Of a stretch of 64,000 nucleotides of DNA, positions 27,401-42,400 are shown in pieces. Under the pieces are notes generated by a model. It searched no databases. It saw only the letters and a program-made list of their open reading frames with translations, and was not told the origin of the DNA. The number at the start of each line of letters is the position of its first letter. Position 1 is the stretch's first letter. The position numbers and the translations under genes are program-made. Location: the NCBI GenBank assembly GCA_964035545.1, contig OZ037771.1, positions 11,288,480 through 11,352,479 of the forward strand, read 5' to 3'. Source of the DNA: Bugula neritina (Eukaryota; Animalia; Bryozoa).

Positions 27401-30400
27401 ACCTGGCCTTTAAGTAGTTCTTTGCCATACAACCTATGAAAGTCTACTCAAAAACGAATCTTAACAGTCTCAGATGCCCAGACAAAATATTAGAACTTGA
27501 TAATGTAATAGCCAAAAAACTTACGAAGAAAGAAGTGCTCATAGACAGTGATGTTGAGACCACCTGGTGCAAACTCTGCGACACATTACTAGGTGTGTCA
27601 TTGGCTACACTCGGAACATATAAACGCAAGCATCAGGAATAGAAACAATCTTGAAATTCAGCAGCTTCCGACAAATAGGAACAACAATCGGGATAAGCTA
27701 CTCTCTAGTAGGGTAATATGTGTTAATAAAGCTGTACACCGTGAAGCCTGCCGTCGACTTTAACTAAAGACAAGAAAACGAAAAACAGCCTAGTTTAAAT
27801 GCAAAGGAAAACAGCTACAATTACTTGCCGACACAAACAACACCAAATCTTTCTATAGTGAGTGAGTGAGTGAGTGAGTGAGTGAGTGAGTGAGTGAGTG
27901 AGTGAGTGAGATTTTATACTTTTTGTGCTTTATCTCACATATATGTAGCTTTATTTTACACTCTCTGCATTTTATTTAATCTAAATGTTGGTTTCACAGT
28001 CTAAAAATAAAGAGCAGTGAACTTTATACAGCACACAGCATGAATAAATTCTCTGCACCTAATGCTATTCATATACTACACACAGTTATTCAATCACCAG
28101 AAGATATTCGGAGTATTCAAATTGGTTACCATGCACATGTGGCACCGGAGATTTATAGAACAACACCATAACTAGACACATGGTCAACATACCCCAGTCC
28201 TCGGTTAGAGACTGCACAGTGTCTTTCTCCTCAGAACCTGAAGGTGGGTTGGCAAGTTTCAAGTCATATTTCCTTTCTTTTCCCATTCTGTAAACAGATG
28301 AAAGTTTGAAAAAGAGTTATGTTAATCAGCGGAACTACATTCTATATGACAGTAGCTGTCTAACTAAATAGGCTATATAATTAAATCCTGGTTTCCAGAA
28401 CATAGTAAATTGTTTAGAAGGTGGCAGGTCTATTTTATTGTTGTGTGTTGTCTCACTAGACTCTTACAATGTACCATGCTGTAGGTGAACTTTACAAAGC
28501 TTAGTAGTAGACTAGAATATAATCAACGTAAATTTAGTACTAATTTCAAAAGACCTGTAAGAATTGGTTTCCCCTGTATTCCACTGAACTCTGATCCAGC
28601 CGTCATCTGCGAGGCCAGCTACCACAGTACCAACAGCTGAAGGGGAGCCATCCTGGTCCCCCCACTTCCAGTCTGGTCCTCGCACTACCTGGGTGCCGAC
28701 CTTCATCAGCGCCGCTTCCTCCGCTCCAGATATAGATCTCTGCTGATTCTTTTTGTTCTCTTCTTCGTAGATGACGTTGAGGGCCAGCTCATTGATCCTC
28801 TGTTACAGATATATATGTCTGTATGTGTATGTGTGCATGCGTGTATGTGTATGTGTGTATGTCTATGTGTGTATGTGTGTATGCCTATGTGTGTATGTCT
28901 ATGTGTGTATGTGTATGTGTGTATGTCTATGTGTGTATGTCTATGTGTGTATGCCTATGTGTGTATGTGTGTATGCCTATGTGTGTGCATATATCTACAT
29001 CTATATGTGTATTTATATATTTATACATTGTAAACTAAAATAATTATTATAGCAGTAATAACAGCAAGAATAAAGCAAGAATAAAGCAAGAATGAAAATT
29101 AAGAATGTGGCTTGCCATCATTGAAATAAGCTTATACATATCTATAGAGGAATTAGTCAAAATCAGCATGTTCTGTTTATTATTGACAAATTATGAATTT
29201 AGAAGTCATACCCAAAATACTGTAAATTTTGGTGCACCAAATTTAGCAGATACAAACATTTAATAAAACTCTCTACAAACGCATTAAAGATTCAACTCTT
29301 CTAAGCCAAAAGTGACAGAGTTATTTTAACGTCATTTGCTGATCATCAACCATAAAATTATTATTATTTCAGTTACCAATGGGGATACAGTCAACTCATC
29401 GCAAAGAATTACAATACTTTCTAATACCTTGTTGTTATCATGTGCCAGAGAAGTCTCCGGTCCACATAGTCTGAGAATAGTCTTACACAGGGCCAGTGTA
29501 CCAGAGTTAACCAGCAGACTAATGGAATGACTGTGGAGATCATTGGCTAAAATTCCAAGTAGAGAGAGGACAAATCTTCCATTAGGTAATGCTCCAATCG
29601 TCAACGGCACCTATTAGAAAAATAGTAATGCTTGTTTTATATAGCATAACCATTTATTTAAAAAGAATATAAACCTGGCTACTAGAAATATAATTTGTAA
29701 ATAAAACTGCACAAAAACATTAAAACAATACCTTTTCAGAGTCGTCCCCACTATTGAGTACGTGAGTGTTGTACTTAGATATGGTAGACTCTGCTTCGAG
29801 TATATGATTCCTCAAAGAATTTGTTGCCCATTTGCTTAGCTCAAGGTATAACATCTCCAGCAACACTCTGTCGCAAGAAGGTATAAGCCCGACATTGTCT
29901 AAGCAGTGTTTAGGACCCCTGGTTATACAAAACATTGGCTAAAAAATATTTACATTTTGATGAAACAGTTGTTGAAGATTTTAAATTGTTTATGGCTTAT
30001 ATCCACGCGGCAGTGGTGGAAGTATTTTCAACCTTTAAATACACTTTGAGCACTAATTCCACAATGTCATCAATTTACCTACACACAAGCTAATGCTGTG
30101 GTGGTCCTAACTTTCTGTCTCAATTAATTTTCATGGAAAATACGCTGAAGCAAAACACCAGTTTTTTGTAAGAAAAGAACCCTGTTGCAGCATGCAAGGG
30201 AGAGTACCTGTCAACAGAATTCTCGGCCAACAAACCCTGCCATCCAGAGAGAATGTTATACTTGGCAGATGACAGCAGGTTCTCTTTGTGTACTAACTTC
30301 AGAAACATCTGTATACCAGAAAGTCGCAGCTCTGCCCTTTCAACCTATCAAATGATACAAACATTATCATTAAAAGCAGGTATTAAACATACAGTAGAAA

Positions 30401-33400
30401 TCTAAGACTAAAAATAACCGAGTTGAATCAGTTTGACTGCTGGGAAGAAAATCCTGGCAACATGCCAGAAACATTAAAAGCAAGTCTTATGCCAAATATT
30501 TTTGCTTTCACAATAAAAAATCTCCAAAAAATAGTAGTTTTAAGTTTTCAGGAATTTTAATAGGTAAGCAAGTTTGGTTATTATAAATATGAGGAATAAG
30601 CATGGGGGTAGTTTCTTATAGTGTGATAAAATGCATATGATGTAAAATAAATAATTTGTATTTAAATTCATCAGGAAATCCATCTGACTGAACCTATTAA
30701 AGTATATCAGTAACCCTATCAATTTCTTGGTAATAGCTTAATAAGTTTACACAGAAAAACTATAATTAAATAATTGCTAAAAAAAAGATGTCTAAATATA
30801 AAATATATGTTTATAGATTTACAAAAAAAGATTATATTTATCTTTTAATGTTTTGCATAGAGCTGATTCATAAAAACACTGTTGTAACCAGGGTTGGGGT
30901 AATTGTAATTTGTAATTGGGCGTAATTAATTACATTTTTTCAAGATTACTCAGACGCTCATTATGTGCAAGTTACCTGCATGTATTACTTCTATGCAACA
31001 TCTGCATGTATTACCTGCATGTAACGCATGCATACACAGTCAGGTAAAGCATTACCTGCATGTGATGCATGCATACACAGCCAAGTAATGTATTTAAACA
31101 GAGGGGACTAAAACATCACCTGAAGTCTGAGACACTTTCTGATCTGCTCGATGTCTATACAGCCGTCATACAAAACCAGCTGTGTCATCTGAGTTATGAT
31201 AGGAGAGGTTGGGCAATCACGGTAATTCCGGCTCAACTTGTGTTTCATTATCTGCCTTCTGTCCTTATCAATTATGATATCAAGGAGAGGTGACCAAAGA
31301 CTCTGTAAAAAGGACTGCTATTAGTAGTGTAACTATGCAAAGACTATATAAATACAATGTCATTGTTTTTTACTCCTTTTAGCAGTTTTATAGCTGAAAC
31401 TACTGCATTTTCAACGCAAGAAGCAGTTCACATTTCAAAAATTAGTTTAATTCTTACTAGACAGGCGTTATGGTAATGACCACATTAGTATACTCAAAAG
31501 ACTGATTTATCTGCTACTGCCTGCCAGCTATGTGACATGCATCCCAAGGTTATAACAGGCATGCAAGTTTAGTGATGGTATATTACCAACATTTACATAT
31601 AAAATAGCTTGCACAAATAGATGTAATGAAGTGTGAGACAAGCCAGGCTTACCTGAAAGACATTGCTACTTGATGACTCATCTGAATTCGGGGGTTGCTC
31701 AGTGAATACTTCCTGTGAGGTGGATGCCACGGCGGCAGCAGATGCTTCTGTTGGGGAAACGTCTGCAGAGATTGAAGTGAGTATAATATAGTAGAGAGTA
31801 AAGTGTTGATACAGACAGGTAGAGTATAATATCGTATAGAGAAGAGTGTTGATACAGACATGTAGAGTATAATATAGCAGAGAGTAAAGTGTTGACAGAT
31901 GTGTAGAGTATAATATAGTAGAAAGTAAAGTATTGATACAGACATGTAAATTGTGGGAAGTCACTGATTGTGTATTATGAATTAGTATTCAGCATTAAAC
32001 GTGAAAGTACAACTCTTCAACACAGACAGACACACAGACAGAGACACACAGACAGAGACACACAGACAGACACACAGACAGAGACACACAGGCAAACACT
32101 ATAGAGCACCTGCTTTCTTCTCTCTCCTCAGCCGATCCATCACAGACTTGACGACACTGCACCAGCGAGCTTCACTGCGCAGCAACCTTGACCTCGTCAG
32201 TGACTCGACATCATCTCCTAAAGCTGGTCGCAGCTCATAAAACAGGAAATGACATCGCTCTATCACCGGGGCACATATCTCTTTATACGACCTGTTCCAG
32301 TCTTGATGAGCCTGCAATGAGATGATATGTGGAGGCTCAGCACAAACCTACACATGCCACTTGCGAATTTTCCGTTGTAGATTAATGAAAATATCGACAG
32401 GAACCAGAATGGCAGTTCAATAAAATCTATGAATGAATCGACAATACTTGGAAAAGGTGCTCCAAATAATTACGCACAAGGACACAGCGTAAATACATTT
32501 ATTCCTTGATTCATTTCAATCATAAAAAAGTCTACCTTGATAAGAGCTCTCTTTGTCTCGTAAACAGCCTTGCAGACGTTGGCAATTGACCTGGGTAGAC
32601 CAAGTTTGTTACCAGACTCACTAAGCCCGTACTCCACGATGTGCGAAGCTACATGACCTAAGTCTAAGTGCTTCAAGAGCACTGCCATCAGCAACCTAAA
32701 ACAATGTGGTTAATCAACAGCCGCAAAACATAACATCATTATAACAAAATGCTTCAAGAACAGATCAACATGAAGGTAGGCGTGTCCTGAATTGTCTGCC
32801 TCTGGCATCAATAAACACGCATGAGATTCAAAATTCTAATGCTTAAATTTATAAATAAACTTCAGACCTAATACACTGTGTTTCCATTGCTTCCATTACA
32901 CAATGGATTTTTCATTGGTGTTTGGGAACAGCTGTATTAAATGAAACCGCAACCATAAATTCATCCATACACATGCATGTACACTTGAGGATCCATTCAA
33001 AGCAATGGGAACACAGTGTTTACAATGTATACACACCTGCCAGCTTCCTCCACAGGGTGATCAGGGGCAAACTGCACAGGCAAGGCCATGTTGTGTAACT
33101 GCATATACTTGGTGACATATCTTAGGAAAGCTACAGCAGTAGGGTTGGTACTCTTGGTCTGGAATAGTTCTGCCAGCAGGTCTGGCTCTTGCAGCTGCGT
33201 AGAGTGTTCTCTCAGCAGCTGCCTCTTTGAGTTCATAGAGGATGAGCAGTTGCCTGCGCCTGAAGGGGCAAATACTGGTTATATATGGAATAGAAATACT
33301 GGTTATATACGGAATATAAATACAGATTATATATAGAATAGAAATACAGATTATATATAGAATAGAAATACAGATCATATATGGAATTGAAATACAGATT

Positions 33401-36400
33401 ATATATAGAATATAAATACAGATTATATATAGAATATAAATACATATTATATATAGAATAGAAATACATATTATATATAGAATAGAAATACAGATTATAT
33501 ATAGAATAGGAATACAGATCATATATGGAATTGAAATACAGATTATATATAGAATATAAATACAGATTATATATAGAATATAAATACATATTATATATAG
33601 AATAGAAATACATATTATATATAGAATAGAAATACAGATTATATATAGAATAGAAATACAGATCATATATGGAATTGAAATACAGATTATATATAGAATA
33701 GAAATACAGATTATATATAGAATAGAAATACAGATTATATATAGAATAGAAATACATATTATATATAGAATAGAAATACAGATTATATATAGAATAGAAA
33801 TACAGATCATATATGGAATTGAAATACAGATTATATATATAAAATAGAAATACAGATTATATATAGAATATAAATACTGCTTAATTAAAAAGTTCTTACA
33901 AGCATTGGGCCATTTTATAAAAACCAAAATACAGAAATCAATTCATTACATTATCAAATATGAGCAAAAGAATAATTAAAAAATGAAAGCTTACAGTTTA
34001 GAACAAATCTTAGACCACAAATTGTTTATTCACTCTTCTTAACCAACTGCAACTTGCAGTAGAACTCACCCGCACCTGCTGTCTGTAGAGATTCCTCAGC
34101 CTTCTCCACCACTTCATCCACGTTGTGCACCAGATGTAAACCACCGGCAAATATCTCAGATTTCAACCACTGGGAGTTGTCATCCTCCTGGAGCATTAAA
34201 CAGTACAGGAGTAAATATTGTGTTGACGGAAGGCATATATCAGTGTACCATGGTTAGCGGACATTGGTGACGTGAGATTAGCAATGGTATATTGAGTATT
34301 GATTTACACAAACTATTCTAAAATCCAGCAAAAATGAATTAGTTTCTTACTGATTTCTAGATATACAGACAAACACACAGGCAGACAGACAGACAGACAG
34401 ACACACAGACAGACAGACAGAGAGACAGACAGAGAGACAGACAGACACGCAGACGGTCATACAGATGGACATACAGACAGACAGACAGACACGCAGGCAG
34501 TCATACAGACAGACAGAGAGACATACAGACATACCTCAGGTTGAAGGGCAGTACTGTGCGACAGAGCTCTACAGTGTAGACCCAAGAGTAAAGCCAGTGT
34601 TCTTTCTGTGTCCATAAGAGGAGAGCGAAACGTAACTTCTTCCCCCGAATACACCACCTCATCCTCGGGCTGTAGAATACAGGCAATCAGTAAGCAGTCA
34701 GAGTATATACAAAAAATTGTGAGGATAACTGAGGCTTGGAAATGGGGCATAAATAGAGAACACAATACTAAAGAAAATAGAAAAGGAAGCAGAAAAATAC
34801 CTCTGCAAAGCATCACACATTTAGCTTGACAATTTCATACAGCAACCAGCCCCTGTTACGATTTTATGTATTTATTACAAACTTGTATAGTGAGTGACAT
34901 CTCAAACTCAAAAGTGAAATTATGATAAAACTTGATAACAAGCCAATGAAACCATGGAGTATAGTAGTGTACAGTTTAGTAGACTATAAAATAAAGTATA
35001 GCATAGCAGAGCATAGCATAGTACAGTAGGTTATAGTATATGGTATAGTGTAGTATAGTATAATATATAAGTCATAGCAGTAGAATATATATAGAAAATA
35101 GAAGCATAGTATAATATATAGAATATAGTAGTATAGTATAATATATAGAATATAGTAGCATAGTATAAGATAATATGTAGATTGTGTTAGTATAGTCTAG
35201 TTAATGGCAGACCAGAGAAAATACTAAACAAGACACCATACCTTGAGATATTGTCCAACATAGCATGAGTTCAAGACGCTATTTATGTAAGAAGTTACTG
35301 GAAGCGTCTTCACATACTCTGTAGCGTCTCCACCCACAAGTTTCTTTAAAGGACCGAGATCTAAGGCAACACCCTGAAAGTAATATGGCAGTAACACTAG
35401 TAAAACAAATGAGATAAAACTAATTGTAAAAATAATATTAGCAGTTGTTTTCTAACTGCCATTATTTGATTTTTTCCATTGAAACCTTCAAGAAGCGTTT
35501 CCCTAGTTATACATATAATATATATATAAGATTAGTCCATCAGGCATTCTTCAAGCATGCCAAGTATGATTTATTGGTTATAGTAGTACTATAACATCAG
35601 TAGAGTAGTACTATAATATCAGTAGAGTAGTACTACTATAGCATCAGTAGAATAGTACTATAACACTAGTATAATAGTACTACTATAATATCAGTTGAGT
35701 AGCACAGCGGTGCTATACCTATGCCACAGCTGCGTTATGCTTCCGCTACAGCTGCGTTATGCTTCTGCTAGTTGTGCTACACTTATGACTTAGTAGTGCT
35801 ATATTTCAGCTACAGTAGTACAAGTAGACCTATGCTACAGCTGTGCTATAGCCTACTTCTGCTACAGCTGTGTTATACTTCTGTTACAGCTGCGCTATGC
35901 TTCTGCTATCGTAGTGTTACACTTATGCTATCGTAGTGCTATATTTATGCTATCGTAGTGCTATAGTTATGCTATCGTAGTGCTACAGTTGTAATGGTGA
36001 CTAACTTGTGACTCCAGCTCCGCCAGGTCATACACACCATTGTCCACTATTACCCACAATCCACCATCAAGGCAGTGATTTTCCACGTCTTCCTGGCGAA
36101 TCAGTTCTGAGTCATCATCGAGTGAGCTAAGATCTGGTGCTAGAAGAGTCAGTAAAGGAGAGACTGCTAGACATTATCACTGAGCAGTAGTAGATGAACA
36201 TCAGGCAATGTACATCTGATAATTGTATGCACAGTTAACAAATACTGGACTTGTCCATCAAAAAATAAGCAGACGCCCAAGAGGAAGTAAATCTTGTCAT
36301 AAACAAGTAGGCCTATGTGTTGTGAAGATTTGCACATGAAATATTTGTATAAATCGAAATTTTCTCGCCTATTCTCACCTATCTCCGCTTTGTCCTGTCC

Positions 36401-39400
36401 GGGTAGCGGGAATAAACTCACGCAAGTTTATAGTCAACATCCCTGTGAGAAAACCCCTGATGGAAATGGTTTTTGTTAAATCGGGCTAAGGACTTATTAA
36501 GATGAGGCACAGGAGCAATTATGACTGAATGCTCTTCCTAACATCACCAATGGCCTTTGTCGGGGTTCGAACCCATGACTTCGTGCTTACTAGTCAAATG
36601 CTCTAACCCCTAGACCACGGCTGCTCATTTGTATTTATCGAAATGGAAGTGTGATAAAATCTTCTACACATTTCCATTCAAGTAGAGAAGGATTGTTAAA
36701 AAAATTGTAAAAACTGCAACAAGGCTCAATAATCATAAAAAACCATCTGCCCAATCAACACAATATCATTTATATAAAAATCAACAATCTGACCAATAGA
36801 AAAGAGCTTACTAAACATCCCAGGCCAAGCGAGATCATTAGAATCGTCTGCACTTGCTCCAACAGACAACTGATTAAACCTGTCAATGATGTCTATCATA
36901 TTCTCTAGCTTAGACATCACACTGGAGTGGAGGAAGAGGTCGGGCAATGAAGTGTGCAGAAGTAAAGTTGACGAGACCAACTCGGGAAATAAGGAACCTA
37001 AGAAGGAACAGAATGTATATCCAGTTGAATCACAAAGGTGACTAGTGTGATAGAATAGATTGCTTTCGGTCCATGATTGGGTATGCAACTCATCTATATT
37101 TTGTTTCCCTCACATAAGACATACTGCCCTTAACATTAGCTCAGAGACATTATAGAACAATACAAAATATATTTCTAAACTATTTAAAAATATGCTATGA
37201 AGCTTAGGCACAAAACCGTAGTAAAAAAACTTACAAACTCATCACATCATTCTACAAACTGTTCTAGGATACTGTTAGGTTTTTCATCATTTAACAAAAC
37301 ACAATTTGAACATACAAGACTGTTATATCAAACTTGCTATGGTGAAACTGATAATTGTATCAATACATATCACTATTGGAATGAGTTAATATTACGATGA
37401 GTTAGCATTATAGTGAGTTAATACCATGACAAGTTAATATAAGCTAAAAGTACATGACTTCCTTATACTAGTTCTATAAAAAAATTATTTTGTATACTTG
37501 CTATTGAACTGTTCCACCAATACAAAACATGCAGCGAATAGTTGTGTAATATATTGCTATATCCCCCCTACCCTAAATACCTACTGACAGTATATATAAA
37601 GTCATCTGGGTGCACAATTTCCTGCTACTTGTTGTTAGTGAGTAAACTAACCAGTGATATCAGCCTTGATGACATCAGCAACTTTAAAGAGAACATGGGA
37701 CCCACAAGCAGCAAGGCTAGCTGCCACCGGTAGGATATCAGCAACATGACTGCACACCAGCTCGGTGTAGAGGTCGAGTAGTCTCATAGCTCCGACATGT
37801 GCTGTAATAGATAGAGATCAATGTGAGATAAAGCCCAGCTGCCGGTGCTGGTATAACTCGAGACACAAACTGTAATATTCTGATGGTGGTTGTCTCACAT
37901 GAGTTTCTTGCTATCTTGCCAGGATTCTGATCGGCGGAGAGCAGACGGGCAAAGAGCAGACGTTGGACTCTCTGTAGAAGGGAGATGGCGGCAGTTACTT
38001 CTGAATGATCAGCACCAGCTGAAGATGAGTGAGTGAGTGAGTGGAGACACTGTGTGCTGTGGTTTAGAACCAGTCTAAAGAGTAGACAACTTCTATTACT
38101 CACTGTGTATATGAAGAGTAGACAACGCTCTTTATTTACTGTATATATGAATAAGATAAAATTGATTCTCCAATTATATGAATGATAATATGTGACCAGT
38201 CGCGACAAAACCGGGGATGTGGCGGCGTTTATAAAGTGTAGTAAATGAAGGTTTAATTTGGAAATACTTAAATTTAAAATTAATTTCCAATTTTTAGATT
38301 TTAGACTTTTCTAATACAAAAAAATCCAAGGATTTCAAAAATCATACTTTCGTAAGCATTTGATGATTCCTTCAGCTCTAAAATTGCATTTAAAGTTGGT
38401 AACTAAGGCTTTCAATTTTTTAAATGATGAAAAATTGCGAAGTTATCAATTAAAGAAAGAAGACAATTTTAGTCATTTTAATAGCGTGAGATCTTGCAAA
38501 TTAGTTTTTATCAAATAAATTTAGCTTACACCTCTCTCTTCGTATTGTTAGAAGCATCATATTTAAAATCGAAGGCTAGTTTTAGTTTTTCATCGTGTTC
38601 CATCCAAAGTTAGCTTTTAAGTTACTGAGCTGTTTTGCCCTTTGGTGATAAATGCTGAACTTAATCTTTATCTTTAGAGTTCAAACTTGAAAACCACAAT
38701 ACAGGTAATTATACTCAAAACAATCATTTACGCTACTAACTTAGAATGGTTGCCAGGATTATTTGTAGTTATCAATTTATTAATAATAATATTTATACTA
38801 TTACTAGGAGTATCAGTATCAGTATGTCTTAGTCTATTCTATTCTATACTACTACTAGTACTAGTAACTATTTAAATGACTCTCACTATGACTCACAGTT
38901 TGAGGTACGGTTACTCATAATGATAATCATAATGAATATTATTCATGATTTACTGTTACTGGTATTTGGTAGTAAAACCAAATGTAGCTCATTAAATTTA
39001 ATATTAATAGTAGAACTATAAGTATAAGTAATTAATAATTTTAAATTCACTATTAGTATTACTATTACTATTAGTATTACTGTATTAGTATTTGAGTCTG
39101 ACTCTGAGTTTTGCCTTTGCTCTTAAAACTTGATGCTCATATTGATAGTATTATATTTATTGATGTATTCTATAGTTAATATTTCAATTTTAATTTACAT
39201 TAGACTTACTCTTAGTCTTAGTAACTTTTAGCCTCTGTCTTAGATTTTGTCAATACAGTTACTGATTACTATTACTATTAGTATTAACATTAGGCCTACT
39301 ACTACTAGTACTAGTCAAACTACCGGTTCCTTTTGTGATTTTTAAATTAGCTCAAAGTTTGATTTGAAATATAATGATAAAATCTTTATCACATTATGCA

Positions 39401-42400
39401 GGCTTACAGTTAGTGTTACTGTCAAAACTCAATTGATAATCATATTCATATTGATAAAAGCATCACCTATAACCAAATTGAAATAATAAATGTGACTAAA
39501 TGTAAATGAGTATAATGATGAAATATTAATGCGAGTTCATGATGATTCTATAGTTGACTGACTTAGTTTTTCAGTGAGTTACTTTTAGTCTTATTTATTG
39601 AGTAGTAACAATAACTGAATGCATAAATAGTCTAAACTTTTTAATTTTATTATAAGATAAGCAAAAATTTATTCATATTTTAAAGTAATTTATTGAATTT
39701 AAATTGATTTTATAGTAAATGTCTTTAATAGATTCAGTTGCACTTAGCTAGCTTTTTTACTCAATTAAATGCCTGAGTGGTTAATAGTTATCTAAAGACA
39801 TTGCTTCAAAATTGCCAATTGCAGATATGCTAGATATTCAAGTGCATAATGTGTAATTTTACTGATAATGCTATGTTAATATAGAATAATCCGATGTTCT
39901 GTACATTTTAGAAAGTGGACTTGTGAGGGCATTAGAGTGATGACTTATACCTACACAACTCTACTACCTATCAATCTAATACTTCTAATGTAGATGCTCC
40001 GAATTTTGGCTTGCAAGGTTATGGCTTCTGCTTATTTCATTCATAAAAAGGTTTGCAGTCTTTTAATGATGTGCTTGAAAATTATCAAGAATTTTTTTAA
40101 TTTAAATTGTTCTTTTAAATTCAATAAATTTCAACGTTGATGAAATGCAGGATCACAATTAACTGCTGCCATAATAGTACCACAAGAGTGTTTAGCCAAC
40201 TAAATTTTTATAATATAACTGGATATAATTTCTAATCAAGCTATCGTTTCCTTTTGTTATTTAAAAAAAGTCAACATTGTACTTTCAGCTCTGGAATAGA
40301 CAATAAGTGGGTAGATTGGCAGGATGGATGTCAAGTAGCAGCATCTATAATTGCTAGAAAATCAGCTGATGATAGTGATGAAGCCTTTGCCACATACATG
40401 TTGTTATGTGTCCATACTCTGTAAACTCATATTATGAAGACCAAGGAAGTAGAAAGATGATAAGTGCTTTCTTTGCAAAAACCGTAGAAGCTACCTAATT
40501 TTCTTTTCTTGATAAAAGTTAATTCAAGCATAATAGTTGTATCTATCTATCTATCTATCTGCATTTGATTTGTTTTTTAAAATAATGTATTTGATGTTAT
40601 AAATGTGAATAAAAATGCCTAATGAAACTCAAAAGTTCTAATAGCTAATTTTATGTTTATATTTTCAACATCTCAGCCAAATCAATTGCTAAATTTAGTT
40701 GCCGTTAGAGATTATAAAGATATTTATGAATGAACCTCGCATGATCTCATGATAGTCAAATAATTTTCTAATAAGTGTTCTACTCATTAAGCAATAATTA
40801 TGAAACAGCACAGCTCAATAGCTGCAGTTTGATATATTACACAATATACTAGAGGAAAGGGAGATATTCAATGTATAAGAGGAAGCAGCTGCCATTTTGT
40901 TTTATATTACTTCCTGCTGACTTGGATGCCTAATTTAAATATTTCAACACACAAACTTGCTGAAACACCCTCTTCTTTGCTGGAATTGTTAAACCTTTCA
41001 ACCATTAAACAAAGTAAAAAGCAAATTGGCAAATAGATTGGACAAAAAGTTTGGCGGCCATATTTGACCTAATTTTATGTTGAGGCAGCATGAAATTTAG
41101 TTTAACAGAAAGCCCAAACTTTCACAATTATTTTGATACCAAATTTGTCACTATTTCTTTTATACAAAGACCCGTTGCTAAGGCTTGTAAATTGTAAACA
41201 AATAATTCTCAACTTATTCTAGAGTTGCCAACTTTAAACGCGATTTTCTCGAAACGGTAATTTAGAAATTCTAAAAACGGTAAAGTTTTTAAATACTGAT
41301 ATCTCGAGTTCTATTTATGCTAGAGACTTCAAATAAAGTGCAAAATGTTTGAAAAACTCTGCTCTATCACTCCATAGTAATAACTAGGTTTTCAACATTT
41401 TATATACATCCCTTGTTTTGTGGTGCCAGGTCACATATTATTCATATAATTGGAGAATCAATTTTATAATATTATTATAAAGCAAAGTGTATATATTGCG
41501 AGCAGACCACTTGAATGGTTGCATTAAACACACATATGACAGAATGAATGTCTGGCACCATTTGCAGTATGCACTGCTAATAAAATGTCACCATTTATTA
41601 TATAATGACTGCAATTGTTAAATTTAGGTTTCTTCATTTAAATTTAGTGAAATCAGGAAAATTTCCACAAAGCCTCACAACATATTGTGATGGCATGCTA
41701 TAGAGTAGAATGGCAGTTTGAGTAATGGTGGCTCAAGAAAAAAACATCAGACACAATAAATCTGCCTCCAGCAGCAAAGGTTAGTAAAGTAACTAGAAGA
41801 GTGTGAAGATGGTTCTAGAAGACTCACTTGAGGAGCTGCTGTATCAACTGAACAGTCTCCGAGCTGCTGCCAGACCCTGTAACGGAGGAGGATGTCTCTA
41901 ACAGCATGTCGGGGGTTTTCATATCCGCACTGAGTCTGCTTCCCCTCTGCACGGACCTTTTACTCTCATCTGGCTCCTTCTCGTAGTGCAGGTCCTGCAG
42001 AGAGAACACAACTACAGTGACACTGCAACAGACTCATTACATGATTCTATTTCAATCACTGTCACAACTCCTACAGTCAAAGAGTTGACTCTACCTTGAC
42101 ACTTTCAGCTTGAATAGCCTTAGAGAGGGTCTGGTCCAGCCCGTTGTGACTGATGAGACTGTTAACTAGTAGACCAATCATAAACTTCTGTCCAGATGAT
42201 AGGCTTTCACTGCAATCACTACCTGTGATGGAAAGGAAGTTTCAAATATACATGTTCACACAGTTTGCATTCATTGAACACTTTACGCTATATGCTACTA
42301 AGCATTGTAAGTATACTATATATACATATACCACACAGTATACTAAACAATGTAAATAGTAGTATATCATAAACTTTCCTGTTAACTAACCTACACTGTA

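Noticed and set aside
30889-31030. hAT-like end (CAGGGTTGGGGTAAT...TAATTAC repeats)
   Set aside because: Only one end seen; no partner TIR or TSD
36553-36624. tRNA-Thr(AGT) gene
   Set aside because: Acceptor and anticodon stems do not pair properly, and a SINE-like body follows; called as a SINE
39760-40450. Possible transposase remnant inside the 3.3-kb TIR element
   Set aside because: Only short stop-riddled frames; no catalytic motif I can recognise
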